Shown piece after piece: positions 8,733 through 16,963 of a stretch of 64,000 nucleotides of DNA (the stretch's first letter is position 1; each line of letters opens with the position of its first letter). The notes under the pieces are model-generated. The model saw nothing but the letters and a program-made list of their open reading frames with translations, did no database searches and was not told the origin of the DNA. The stretch comes from an uncultured Thermoleophilia bacterium (GTDB lineage: Bacteria > Actinomycetota > Thermoleophilia > UBA2241): contig CAVPRQ010000009.1 of the NCBI GenBank assembly GCA_963707855.1, positions 276,158-340,157 on the forward strand. Direction: 5' to 3'. The translations under genes and the position numbers were made by a program.

Positions 8733-9769
8733 GCACGTCCGAGCTGCACGAAGCGATGCTCTACGAGCGTCGCGAGGACGGCGCGGTCCATTGCCGCGTC
8801 TGCCCTCGGCTCTGCGTGATCGCCGAGGGGAAGAGCGGCGCCTGCCGCGCCCGGCAGAATCGCCAGGGCACCTTGTACGCCGTCACCTACGGGCGCGTCT
8901 GCAGCGTCGCCGCCGACCCCATCGAGAAGAAGCCGCTGTACCACTTCTTCCCTGGCTCCACGGTGCTGTCCCTTGGCAGTGTCGGCTGCAACTTCACCTG
9001 CCGCCACTGCCAGAACTGGCAGATCGCCCACGCCGACGCGACGGCGATCGCCCGCGACTTGCGTGCGCTGCCGGTCCGCAACCTCCCTGTCCTCGCCGAC
9101 CACAACGGGTGCCGCGGCGTGGCCTGGACCTACAACGAACCGACGATCTGGCTCGAGTACATCCTCGACGGCGCCCAGGTCGCCCACGAGCACGGGCTGT
9201 ACACGGTCATGGTCACCAACGGCTACATCACCGACGAGGCCCTCGATGTGCTCGGGCCGCACATCGACGCCTACCGCGTGGACGTCAAGGGGTTCAGCCC
9301 CGAGACGTACTACGAGCTTTGCCGCATCAAGGACTTCGCGCCGGTGCTGCGCGCTGCCGTTCGGGCGAAGCACGAGTTCGGCTGCCACGTCGAGGTCGTC
9401 ACCAACGTGATCCCGACCCTCAACGACGACGAGGCCGTGCTCGGCGAGCTCGCCGCCTGGATCCGCGACGATCTCGGACCGGAGACGCCGTGGCACGTGA
9501 CCCGGTTCATGCCTTTTCTCGAGCTCGCGCACCTGCCGGCGACACCGATACGCACACTGGAGCGCGCCGTCGAGGTCGGGACCAAGGCCGGCTTGCGCTT
9601 CGTGTACGTCGGTAACGTGCCCGGCCACGCAGGGGAGAACACGGTCTGTCCGAACTGTAAACGGTTGCTCGTTCGCCGCACGGGTTACGAGATTGAGGAC
9701 ATCGCGCTGCGGGGAACACTCTGTGCGATGTGTGGAACGAACGTGAACGTGCGCACGGAGCTGACGTGA
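8729..9769 (+). CDS. AmmeMemoRadiSam-system-type radical SAM enzyme (AmrS-like)
   Basis: Intact 346-aa ORF with an ATGA overlap to the upstream gene. Motifs: CRVCPRLCVIAEGKSGACRARQN, DPIEKKPLYHFFPGS, GSVGCNFTCRHCQNWQI radical SAM cluster, WTYNEPTIWLEY, and a C-terminal CPNCKRLLVRR...CAMCG. Confidence 0.8.
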   Translation: MSTSELHEAMLYERREDGAVHCRVCPRLCVIAEGKSGACRARQNRQGTLYAVTYGRVCSVAADPIEKKPLYHFFPGSTVLSLGSVGCNFTCRHCQNWQIAHADATAIARDLRALPVRNLPVLADHNGCRGVAWTYNEPTIWLEYILDGAQVAHEHGLYTVMVTNGYITDEALDVLGPHIDAYRVDVKGFSPETYYELCRIKDFAPVLRAAVRAKHEFGCHVEVVTNVIPTLNDDEAVLGELAAWIRDDLGPETPWHVTRFMPFLELAHLPATPIRTLERAVEVGTKAGLRFVYVGNVPGHAGENTVCPNCKRLLVRRTGYEIEDIALRGTLCAMCGTNVNVRTELT

Positions 9770-9815
9770 CGCACGGGTGGTTCGGCGGGCGGCAGGACCG
9801 GTAGGATTCCCAGCG

Positions 9816-10238
9816 GTGGAAGAACTCGTCAAGCTCGATATCCCGGCGCGTCCCGAGTACGTGGTGCTCGGTCGGCTTGCCCTGTCCGGTCTGCTCCGCA
9901 GCCGCGGCTTCTCCGACGACGCAGTCGCCGACCTCAAACTCGCGCTCACCGAGGCGTGCTCCAACTCCGTCCGCCACGCCTACGACCACGACGACGGCCA
10001 GGTACACATCGCCTTCACCCTTCACGACGACCGCGTGATCATCCAGATCCGCGACGAGGGCGCGGGTTTCCATGAGGACGACGCCGATTGCCCCGACTGC
10101 CACGCCGTGCCCGAGATCACGCTCGGCGAGGGCGGCATGGGCATCTCGATCATCCGTGCGGTGGTGGACGAGTTCAGCCTCGAGTGGCCCCCCGAGGGCG
10201 GCACCATGCTCGTCCTCACCAAACGCCGCGATATCTGA
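9816..10238 (+). CDS. Anti-sigma regulatory factor (RsbW/SpoIIAB-like Ser kinase, HATPase_c_2)
   Basis: In ORF 9777..10238 the likely start is GTG at 9816 (VEELVKLDIPARPEYVVLGRLALSGLL). Motifs: LKLALTEACSNSVRHAY and IRDEGAGF...GGMGISII. Confidence 0.7.
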   Translation: MEELVKLDIPARPEYVVLGRLALSGLLRSRGFSDDAVADLKLALTEACSNSVRHAYDHDDGQVHIAFTLHDDRVIIQIRDEGAGFHEDDADCPDCHAVPEITLGEGGMGISIIRAVVDEFSLEWPPEGGTMLVLTKRRDI

Positions 10239-10287
10239 GCCGTCGCGCGCGTTCGAGCGCGCCGCGCCCCCTGCTAGACTCGCTTCC

Positions 10288-11001
10288 GTGAAGACGCTCG
10301 ACGACCTCGCGGCGGAGTTCGGCCTCGATCAGACCCAGGCAGCCGCACTCTCGCGCTACCTCGACCTGTTGCTGGGATGGCGCCGCGGCAACATCACCGC
10401 CGTGCGCACGCGCGCGGAGGCGGTCGAGCGCCTGCTGGCCGACTCGCTCGCCCTGCTGGGCGTGCCGGCGCTCGAGGAGGCTGGACCTCGCTGGCTCGAT
10501 CTCGGGTCCGGCGCGGGGATCCCCGGCATCCCTCTGGCTGTCGGGCGGCCGTGTGTCCATGTCACGCTGCTCGAGTCGGTGGCGAAGAAGTGCGCCTTCC
10601 TCGAGGCGGCGGTGATCGCCACTGGGCTCGTGCAGAGGACGCGCGTCGTGCACGCGCGCAGCGAGGGGTTCGCGGCCCCGGCCGGCGAAGGCCGCGAGGC
10701 GTTCGACCTCGTGGTCGTGCGCGCGGTCGCCGGGCTCGCGAGCGTCGTCGAGCTGGCGGCGCCGCTGCTCGCTCTCGGCGGCGTGCTGCTGGCGGTGAAG
10801 AGCGTGGAGGGCGAGGCGCGGGAGAGCGGCGCGGCTCAGGCGGCGGCGGGACGCTGCGGCCTCGCCGCCGCTGGGACGACGCCGCTGTCGCGCTCGCCCC
10901 TGCGGGACTCGGTCTGCGCGGTGTTCGTCAAGACCGGGCCCACGCCCGATTGGCTGCCGAGGCGCGCCGGGCTCGCGACGCGGAAGCCGCTCGCGCGCTG
11001 A
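10288..11001 (+). CDS. rsmG: 16S rRNA (guanine527-N7)-methyltransferase RsmG (GidB)
   Basis: In the frame of ORF 10072..11001 the start is GTG at 10288 (VKTLDDLAAEFGLDQTQAAALSRYLDLLLGWRRGNITAV...). The SAM motif is WLDLGSGAGIPGIPLAV, and the gene sits immediately upstream of parA-parB. Confidence 0.85.
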   Translation: MKTLDDLAAEFGLDQTQAAALSRYLDLLLGWRRGNITAVRTRAEAVERLLADSLALLGVPALEEAGPRWLDLGSGAGIPGIPLAVGRPCVHVTLLESVAKKCAFLEAAVIATGLVQRTRVVHARSEGFAAPAGEGREAFDLVVVRAVAGLASVVELAAPLLALGGVLLAVKSVEGEARESGAAQAAAGRCGLAAAGTTPLSRSPLRDSVCAVFVKTGPTPDWLPRRAGLATRKPLAR

Positions 11002-11040
11002 CCGGCGCGCCAGTATCATCGCCGCCATGGGAGCCCGCTC

Positions 11041-11802
11041 ATGACGCGCGTCATCGCCGTCACCAACCAGAAGGGTGGCGTTGGCAAGACGACGACGGCG
11101 ATCAACCTGGCCGCGTGCCTGGCCGAGGCCGGCCTGCCGGTGTTGATCGTGGACCTCGACCCGCAGGCGAACGCGTCCGCGGGCCTCGGGGTCCGCGGAC
11201 GCGAACCCGGCCTCACGACGTACGGTGTGTTGGCCGGCGATGCCACCCTCCGCGAGGCGGTGGTGCCGACCGCCGTGGAGGGGCTGGACCTGCTGCCGGC
11301 CTGCGCCGACCTGGCCGGCGCGGTCGCCGAGCTGGTCGGCTTGGACGGCGGCGACTTCGTCCTCGCGGGAGCGCTCGACGGGCAGCTCGGCAGCTACCGG
11401 TTCGTCTTCATCGACTGCCCACCGTCGCTCGGCATCCTCACCGTCAACGCCCTCACTGCGGCGCGCGAGGTGCTTATTCCTGTGCAGGCCGAGTATTACG
11501 CGCTCGAGGGGCTCGCCCAGCTCCTCGACACCGTCAGCCTGGTGCGTGAGCGCCTGAACCCTGACCTCCAGGTGCTCGGCGTGCTCGTGACGATGCTCGA
11601 CGCCCGCACGCGTATCGCTCGTGAGGTCGCGGCCGAGGTGCGCGAACACCTGCCCACACACGTCTTCGACGTCGCCGTCCCCCGCAACGTGCGCCTCGCG
11701 GAGGCGCCCAGCCACGGGCTGCCGATCTCGCGCTATGATGCCCGCTGCGCCGGCAGCGACGCCTACTTCGACCTTGCCAAGGAGGTCGTGTCCCGTGGAT
11801 GA
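11041..11802 (+). CDS. parA: Chromosome partitioning ATPase ParA/Soj
   Basis: Intact 253-aa ORF. MTRVIAVTNQKGGVGKTTTAINLAACLAEAG is the deviant Walker A. Also VLIVDLDPQANAS and FIDCPPSLGILTVNAL. Confidence 0.92.
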   Translation: MTRVIAVTNQKGGVGKTTTAINLAACLAEAGLPVLIVDLDPQANASAGLGVRGREPGLTTYGVLAGDATLREAVVPTAVEGLDLLPACADLAGAVAELVGLDGGDFVLAGALDGQLGSYRFVFIDCPPSLGILTVNALTAAREVLIPVQAEYYALEGLAQLLDTVSLVRERLNPDLQVLGVLVTMLDARTRIAREVAAEVREHLPTHVFDVAVPRNVRLAEAPSHGLPISRYDARCAGSDAYFDLAKEVVSRG

Positions 11803-12733
11803 GGGTCCGTCTCAGGGAGCGAAGAAGCGGGCCCTCGGCAGAGGGCTCGGCGCTCTCATCGGCGAGGGCTCGGCGGCCCTCGCCCGGGCCGGGACGGCCC
11901 CCGGTGAGGGCCGCCTCCGCGACCTCTCGCTGGACGCGATCGCCGTCAGCCGGCGACAGCCGCGGCGCGCTTTCGATCCCGACGAGCTCGCCGAGCTCGC
12001 CGCCTCCATCAGGGCCCTTGGCGTGGTGCAGCCGGTGGTCGTGCGGCCGCTCAGCGACGCCGGCGGGGCGGACGCGCCCACGCCGCCCGGCAGCGCTCGC
12101 TACGAGCTCATCGCCGGCGAGCGCCGCCTGCGGGCCGCGCGGCTCGCAGGCCTCGAGACCGTGCCGGCCCTCGTGCGTCCGGCCGACGAGGCTGCGGCCC
12201 TCGAGATAGCCCTCGCCGAGAACGTCGCCCGCGAGGACCTCAACGCGATCGAAGAGGCCCAGGCCTACGCGTCCCTCGTCGATGAGTTCGGGCTCACGCA
12301 CGAGCGCGTCGGCGAGCTCGTCGGACGCAGCCGTGTGGCGGTGACGAACACGCTGCGTCTGCTCGAGCTTCCTGACGAGGTGCAACGGATGCTCGAGTCC
12401 GGCACCTTGAGCGAGGGACACGGCCGCGCGCTTCTGGGGCTCGCCGACCACGGCCGACGCCGCGGCGTCGCCAAGCTCGTCAGCGAGCGCGGCCTGAGCG
12501 TGCGCGAGACGGAAGCGCTGGTGCGCAAGCTGGGCGCGCCGGAGAAGGCGACAGCCGTGCCGCCGCCTGCTGTCGGCGCCGACCTCGCCGGGCTCATCGA
12601 CGAGCTCTACGGTGTCTTCGAGGCTCCCGTGGCGATCCGCAGCGGCAAACGTGGCGGCAGGATCCAGATCTCGTTCCGCGACCAGGCCGAGCTCGAACGC
12701 CTGGTCGCGTTGCTCCGCACGCTCGCGCGCTGA
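11795..12733 (+). CDS. parB: Chromosome partitioning protein ParB/Spo0J
   Basis: In the frame of ORF 11621..12733 the start is GTG at 11795, overlapping the parA stop. Motifs: KRALGRGLGALI, SRRQPRRAFDPDELAELAASIRALGVVQPVVVRP, YELIAGERRLRAARLAG, and HTH QEEVGELVGRSRVAVTNTLRLLEL-like. Confidence 0.9.
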   Translation: MDEGPSQGAKKRALGRGLGALIGEGSAALARAGTAPGEGRLRDLSLDAIAVSRRQPRRAFDPDELAELAASIRALGVVQPVVVRPLSDAGGADAPTPPGSARYELIAGERRLRAARLAGLETVPALVRPADEAAALEIALAENVAREDLNAIEEAQAYASLVDEFGLTHERVGELVGRSRVAVTNTLRLLELPDEVQRMLESGTLSEGHGRALLGLADHGRRRGVAKLVSERGLSVRETEALVRKLGAPEKATAVPPPAVGADLAGLIDELYGVFEAPVAIRSGKRGGRIQISFRDQAELERLVALLRTLAR

Positions 12734-12774
12734 GACCGGCGCGAGCGGAGAGCTCAGACCCCGCGACCGCCCTT

Positions 12775-13386
12775 CTAGCCCGGCGCGCCGGTCGGCGCCG
12801 AGGTCGGTTCGCCGGTGCCGATCCCGGTGGTGTCGCCGGTCGATCCGGTGGGCGGTCCCGTCGCGCCCGGAGAGGGCATCGGCGGGGCCGAGGGCGTCGG
12901 CGTCACGCCGGGAGCGGTCGTGGCCGACGGCGCGGGGGTCGTCCCGGGCAGCGGCGTGGAGCCGGGCGGCGCCTCCCCGGACGACGGCACGTACACCGTG
13001 GTCCCATCGGCGAGGCGGTAGAAGGAACCGATCAGGGTGCCGACGCCGGTCGCCTGTTCACCCGCTTCGAGATCGAGCCGTTCGATCGTGTCGCCGGACT
13101 TGACGATGACCTGCATCTGGTCGGTGCCGGGGTTCGTCACGACGGTCATGTCTTTGCCGGTCAGGACATCGGTCATGCCCAGGCCGGTGAGGGCGGCCAG
13201 CAGGAAGCCGACGGCCAGCACGATGGCCACGTCGAAGAGGTTGATGACGCCGTCGAGGGGGTCGCCGTTGCGGTCGTGGCGGTCGACCCGGCGCCGCTTC
13301 ATGTAGCGCAGGCCCATGCCCTCGCCGGGCTCGTCCAGGACCGTCGGGAGGAAGCGGATGTCGCTGTCTTCGACCTCGTACGTCAT
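12775..13386 (-). CDS. DUF2149 family protein with a long Pro/Thr/Gly-rich C-terminal tail
   Basis: Intact 203-aa ORF. RNGDPLDGVINLFDVAIVLAVGFLLAAL is the DUF2149 hallmark plus a TM helix. A small globular part follows, then about 70 aa of PGSTPLPGTTPAPSATTAPGVTPTPSAPPMPSPGATGPPTGSTGDTTGIGTGEPTSAPTGAPG. Confidence 0.75.
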   Translation of the reverse strand: MTYEVEDSDIRFLPTVLDEPGEGMGLRYMKRRRVDRHDRNGDPLDGVINLFDVAIVLAVGFLLAALTGLGMTDVLTGKDMTVVTNPGTDQMQVIVKSGDTIERLDLEAGEQATGVGTLIGSFYRLADGTTVYVPSSGEAPPGSTPLPGTTPAPSATTAPGVTPTPSAPPMPSPGATGPPTGSTGDTTGIGTGEPTSAPTGAPG

Positions 13387-13585
13387 GGCGTCGTCCCCGT
13401 CAGCCGGTCGCGGCCTCAGCCGCGGCTCTCGGCGCCTTCGGCGGGGCCGAGCGAGGCGAACGGGTCCTCGTCGGCGTTCCAGCTCATCGTGTCGTCCTCG
13501 AACGAGGCGCGAGCCCCGCTGGCCGGCGAGGCTTCGAGACTCACCGGCAGGTCGACCGCCGCGGGGGCCGGCGCCGGGCCGTCCG

Positions 13586-14389
13586 TCACCGTCGCCGGCA
13601 CCTCAGCCGCGGCCGGCGGCGCGGCCTCGGCAGACGACGGCCGTCGGTAGAGGCCGCACCGTCGTCCGCCTCGTCGCCCGCGACGGGCGCCAGCTCGTCG
13701 ACCCAGCGGCCCTCTGCGTCTTTGCGGCGGCCAGCCCGCAGTCGCTTGGGGCCACCCTCGAGCAGCTCCAGCAGGTACTCGAGGTCGGAGATGTCCTGCG
13801 AGTAGATGCGGTCGCGGACGATGCTGACGACGAAGGCGAGGCCGCCGATGAGCAGGCCGATGACCGTCACCGAGAAGGCGATGCGCAGGTTGTCCGCCAG
13901 CTCGGTCGTGTCGCCTTCCGACAGGGCGACGAGCGCCGGCGACAGCGGGATGAGCGTGCCCATGAGGCCCAGCATCGGGCCGATGCGCACGAGGACCCGC
14001 GTCCGCTCCAGTCGCTTGACCGTGTAGAACTCGTACTCCTGGAGGAGCTTCAGCGGCTTCACCGCGAGGCGCTGCGTCTGGTAGTTCCGGATCAGGTCGA
14101 AGAGGAAGCGCGCGACGACCAGGGAGTAGTTGTTCTCCTGGAGGTAGCGGTAGGCGCGTCGCGGCTTGCCGTCGGCGAAGGCCTGGCGGGCGCGCAGGGT
14201 ACGGATCTCGAGCGCCTCGAGGTCGCGGTAGCGGAACCGCAGGTACAGCTCGTAGAACAGCCAGCCGAGCTCGATGAGCACCCAGATCAGGCAGACGACC
14301 GACGCGATCAGCACCGGGTAGAAGAGGAGTTCGGCGGCGTCGAAGATCGCCTGCTGGAGGTCCTGACCGAAGTCGGCGAAGATCAGCAT
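13586..14389 (-). CDS. MotA/TolQ/ExbB proton-channel family protein
   Basis: 267-aa ORF with three TM helices and the family core VLVRIGPMLGLMGTLIPLSPALVAL...LRIAFSVTVIGLLIGGLAFVVS. The Arg-rich last ~25 aa look out of frame. A shift near 13640 into the 13416..13601 frame (PATVTDGPAPAPAAVDLPV...DEDPFASLGPAEG) would extend the protein to 13416. Confidence 0.8.
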   Translation of the reverse strand: MLIFADFGQDLQQAIFDAAELLFYPVLIASVVCLIWVLIELGWLFYELYLRFRYRDLEALEIRTLRARQAFADGKPRRAYRYLQENNYSLVVARFLFDLIRNYQTQRLAVKPLKLLQEYEFYTVKRLERTRVLVRIGPMLGLMGTLIPLSPALVALSEGDTTELADNLRIAFSVTVIGLLIGGLAFVVSIVRDRIYSQDISDLEYLLELLEGGPKRLRAGRRKDAEGRWVDELAPVAGDEADDGAASTDGRRLPRPRRRPRLRCRRR

Positions 14390-14399
14390 GAGCCCGCGC

Positions 14400-16229
14400 T
14401 CACTCCTTCCGTGCGCCCGTCACGACGTGCCGGGCAGGTGGCCCTTGAGGCGCTGCCACGGCGTGCCGCCACCGGTCAGGAGCTTGCCCCGTCCGGCGCT
14501 CGACAACGCGGTCGCCTGACGGCGGTGCAGCCAGTACGAGAGACCCGCCCCATCGGCAACATACGCGAGCAACATACCACCGAGCGCGGCGCCGGAACCA
14601 CCCTCGCCGTCGGTCGCCGCCGCGGCTGAGGCGCTCGGCGACGGCAGCGGGCTGCCGCTCGGTCCGGGCGTCAGCGGCGTGCCCGAGACCGTTCCGTCGG
14701 TGGACGGCGTCGTCGTGGGGACGGCGTCGCGCCGGCGTGGGGTACAGCGTGGTCGTCGGCGTGGGCGGGCGACCGCTGCCGGGGGTGCTCGGCGGGTAGT
14801 AGATGCCGCCCGATCCACCGGACGAGCCGCCGCCCGACGAGCCGCCGCCCGGGGTGTAGCTCACGGTGATCGTGTGCGTCTGCGTCCGCTGGTTCCCGGC
14901 CTTGTCCGCGACGCGTATCTCGATGGTGTGCTGTCCGTAGCTGAGGTCGACGAGCACGAGCGAGAGCCCGGACGCCGTCACTTTGGCCTTGCTCGTCTTG
15001 TTGGTACCGTCGACCGTGACGCGCACGGCGACCTTGTCGATCCCCGTGCCGGTCTCGTTGTCCTTGTACTCGGCGATCACGCTGACGTCGTTGGTCGACG
15101 CGAACACCGCCCCGTTTCCGGGCTTGAACGAGGTGATGCTCGGAAGGTAGCCCGAGGTGAGGGTCCGGTCTGCCGGGGACAAGGGAAAGGGGGCGCCGGA
15201 GAGCGCGAGCACGCATTGGGTCGTCGTCATCATGGTGCTGCGCCCGGTGCTGCCCTTGGCGTGCGCGAAGGAGCCATCCGGCTTCCTGAGGCTGCGCAGG
15301 TACTCCAGCGGGTCGTGCCCATTCCTGACCCACCCATCGCCGGTCGGCTCCTGACGAACGGCCTCGATCGCCTGTACGGTCCACGCGGTGGACTCGGCGT
15401 TCGACTTCGTGCTGGCGAGGTACTCGCCGAACCCGCCGTCGGCGCGCTGTGCGGCACGCAGGAAGCCTATGCCTTGCTGGACGGTGGAGTTCGAGGCGCC
15501 AAGGCCGCCGGCGACGAGCGCCTGCACGGCGGCGGCGGTCTGGTCGACCGAGCTGCCGGCGCCGTTCTGGATGCCCCAGCCGCCGTCCGCGTTCTGGGCA
15601 GCCGCCAGCCATCGGCGCGTCTCCGTCACGACGTCGCCATCGAGGGACTGGCGGGCGGCGACGAGGGCGAGCAGGGCCCACGTGGTGGTGCTCACGTCGT
15701 AGAGGTCCCGGTCGCCGGAGGTGGCAGGCGAGAAGTGACCGTCGATGTCCTCGTCGGCGGGCGTCGCCGGATTGTCCTCGACGTCGTAGCGGTAGCTCAG
15801 CAGCTTGGCGAGCAGGTCGATCCGTGGCGTGCCGGCAGAGAAGACCATGCTGATCTTGCCCGCGGCCATCACCGCCATGATGGTCTTCGCGTAGTAGGAC
15901 GGCGGATTCATGCTCGCCTTCGCCACCTGCTCGAGGTTCAGCGACTGGAGGTAGTCGATGGGGTCCTTGCCGGCCTTGTTCCACGCCAGGGGGTCCTCGC
16001 GCGCCGCGACGATGGCCAGGATCGCCCACGGCGTGGTGTTGGGACTGTCGGACTGCCCGGCGTCGACGAAACCGCCGGTGCTCCGCTGCTGGGCGTGCAT
16101 GAAGTCGAGCGCCTTCAGGACCGCGCTGTCGCGCGCTCCGAAGGCCGACGCCGGCGCGATGGCGCCGACCAGCAGAAGGGCCGAGAGAACGAAGGCCAGC
16201 AGCGCAGCCGGCCTGGATGTGTTCGTCAT
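14400..16229 (-). CDS. Secreted alpha-toroid (prenyltransferase/squalene-cyclase-repeat-like) surface protein with Ig-like domain and C-terminal anchor; frame break near 14745
   Basis: Start is ATG at 16229 (MTNTSRPAALLAFVLSALLLVGAIAPASAFG signal peptide). Repeated QxxxGGF/W motifs: AQQRSTGGFVD, AAQNADGGWG, AAQRADGGFGE, LRKPDGSFAH. An Ig-like segment and a GGGSSGGGSSGGSGG linker follow. The true C-terminus continues in the 14420..14818 frame (PT-rich, then AALGGMLLAYVADGAGLSYWLHRRQ TM anchor), ending at 14420. Confidence 0.75.
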   Translation of the reverse strand: MTNTSRPAALLAFVLSALLLVGAIAPASAFGARDSAVLKALDFMHAQQRSTGGFVDAGQSDSPNTTPWAILAIVAAREDPLAWNKAGKDPIDYLQSLNLEQVAKASMNPPSYYAKTIMAVMAAGKISMVFSAGTPRIDLLAKLLSYRYDVEDNPATPADEDIDGHFSPATSGDRDLYDVSTTTWALLALVAARQSLDGDVVTETRRWLAAAQNADGGWGIQNGAGSSVDQTAAAVQALVAGGLGASNSTVQQGIGFLRAAQRADGGFGEYLASTKSNAESTAWTVQAIEAVRQEPTGDGWVRNGHDPLEYLRSLRKPDGSFAHAKGSTGRSTMMTTTQCVLALSGAPFPLSPADRTLTSGYLPSITSFKPGNGAVFASTNDVSVIAEYKDNETGTGIDKVAVRVTVDGTNKTSKAKVTASGLSLVLVDLSYGQHTIEIRVADKAGNQRTQTHTITVSYTPGGGSSGGGSSGGSGGIYYPPSTPGSGRPPTPTTTLYPTPARRRPHDDAVHRRNGLGHAADARTERQPAAVAERLSRGGDRRRGWFRRRARWYVARVCCRWGGSLVLAAPPSGDRVVERRTGQAPDRWRHAVAAPQGPPARHVVTGARKE

Positions 16230-16963
16230 GGTGCGTCCTCCAGTCCCACGAAGGTGACGCGGGTCCGGACACGGAACCGAGCCACAATGGTAACAGCCTG
16301 CACGCCGAACAGACCAGCGAACAGGCAGGTCGCGGCGACGTGCGCGACATCGAACGGCAGGCCCTGCGCGTAGAGCGCGACGAGCGCCGGCAGGGTCCGG
16401 GGCGTGTACGCAAGGAACATCCAGAGGGTCACGAACCAGTCGAAGGCCAGGGCGAGCACGCCGCCGGCAGCGACGAGCTCCCAGCGGCGCGGCAGGCGGC
16501 CGCCGCGGCCGAGCAGGCCGCCGGCGGCCCCGACCGCGCCCCAGGCGAGCATCTGCCACGGCGTCCACGGACCTTGGCCGAAGAACAGGTTCGAGACCAG
16601 GGCGGACGTGGCCCCGACCATGAATCCGGGGCCGGGGCCCAGCGCGACGCCCGAGACCAGGACGACGAAGGTCACCGGTTTGACGTTGGGCAGCGACGCG
16701 AACAGCACGCGGCTGGCCGTGGCCAGGGCGGCCAGGGCGGCGACCAGCGACAGTTCGTGCGCCGCCGTCGCGCGCCGCCCGTAGGCGGCGACGCCGACGG
16801 CGACGAGGGCGAGTACCGCGGTGAAGCTGACGGTGCCCCAGTCGACGGCACCCGGGTCGGCCACCGCCCAGAGGGCGAGCAGGCCCGCGAGGGCGACGAG
16901 CCCTACGAGAACCACGCGGCTCAGGTCGAAGCGCAGGGCGCTCACTGCGGCGAGTCCTCCCAT
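16226..16963 (-). CDS. ECF transporter substrate-specific (S) component
   Basis: This is the C-terminal 245 aa of ORF 16226..17803, starting at ATG 16963 (or GTG 16945, which forms a GTGA overlap with the ATPase stop at 16942). It has 5-6 TM helices: LFASLPNVKPVTFVVLVSGVALGPGPGFMVGATSALVSNLFFGQGPWTPWQMLAWG. Confidence 0.75.
   Translation of the reverse strand: MGGLAAVSALRFDLSRVVLVGLVALAGLLALWAVADPGAVDWGTVSFTAVLALVAVGVAAYGRRATAAHELSLVAALAALATASRVLFASLPNVKPVTFVVLVSGVALGPGPGFMVGATSALVSNLFFGQGPWTPWQMLAWGAVGAAGGLLGRGGRLPRRWELVAAGGVLALAFDWFVTLWMFLAYTPRTLPALVALYAQGLPFDVAHVAATCLFAGLFGVQAVTIVARFRVRTRVTFVGLEDAP

Noticed and set aside
10216-11715. 499-aa minus-strand ORF, and likewise 31224-33035 (603 aa) and 7683-8696 (337 aa)
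   Set aside because: They are antisense shadows of rsmG/parA, the MMPL gene and the IMPase-family gene respectively. None has recognisable domains.
10288-12733. rsmG-parA-parB as a marker of a replication origin in this window
   Set aside because: No dnaA, dnaN, rpmH or rnpA genes are present, and I saw no cluster of DnaA boxes. Only an isolated TTGTCCAC occurs, at 51391-51398 inside a CDS. I could not find a full parS (TGTTTCACGTGAAACA).
13416-13601. 61-aa minus-strand ORF between the MotA-like and DUF2149 genes as an independent small gene
   Set aside because: It is more likely the displaced acidic/Pro-rich C-terminal tail of the MotA-like protein after a frameshift near 13640. It has no RBS of its own.
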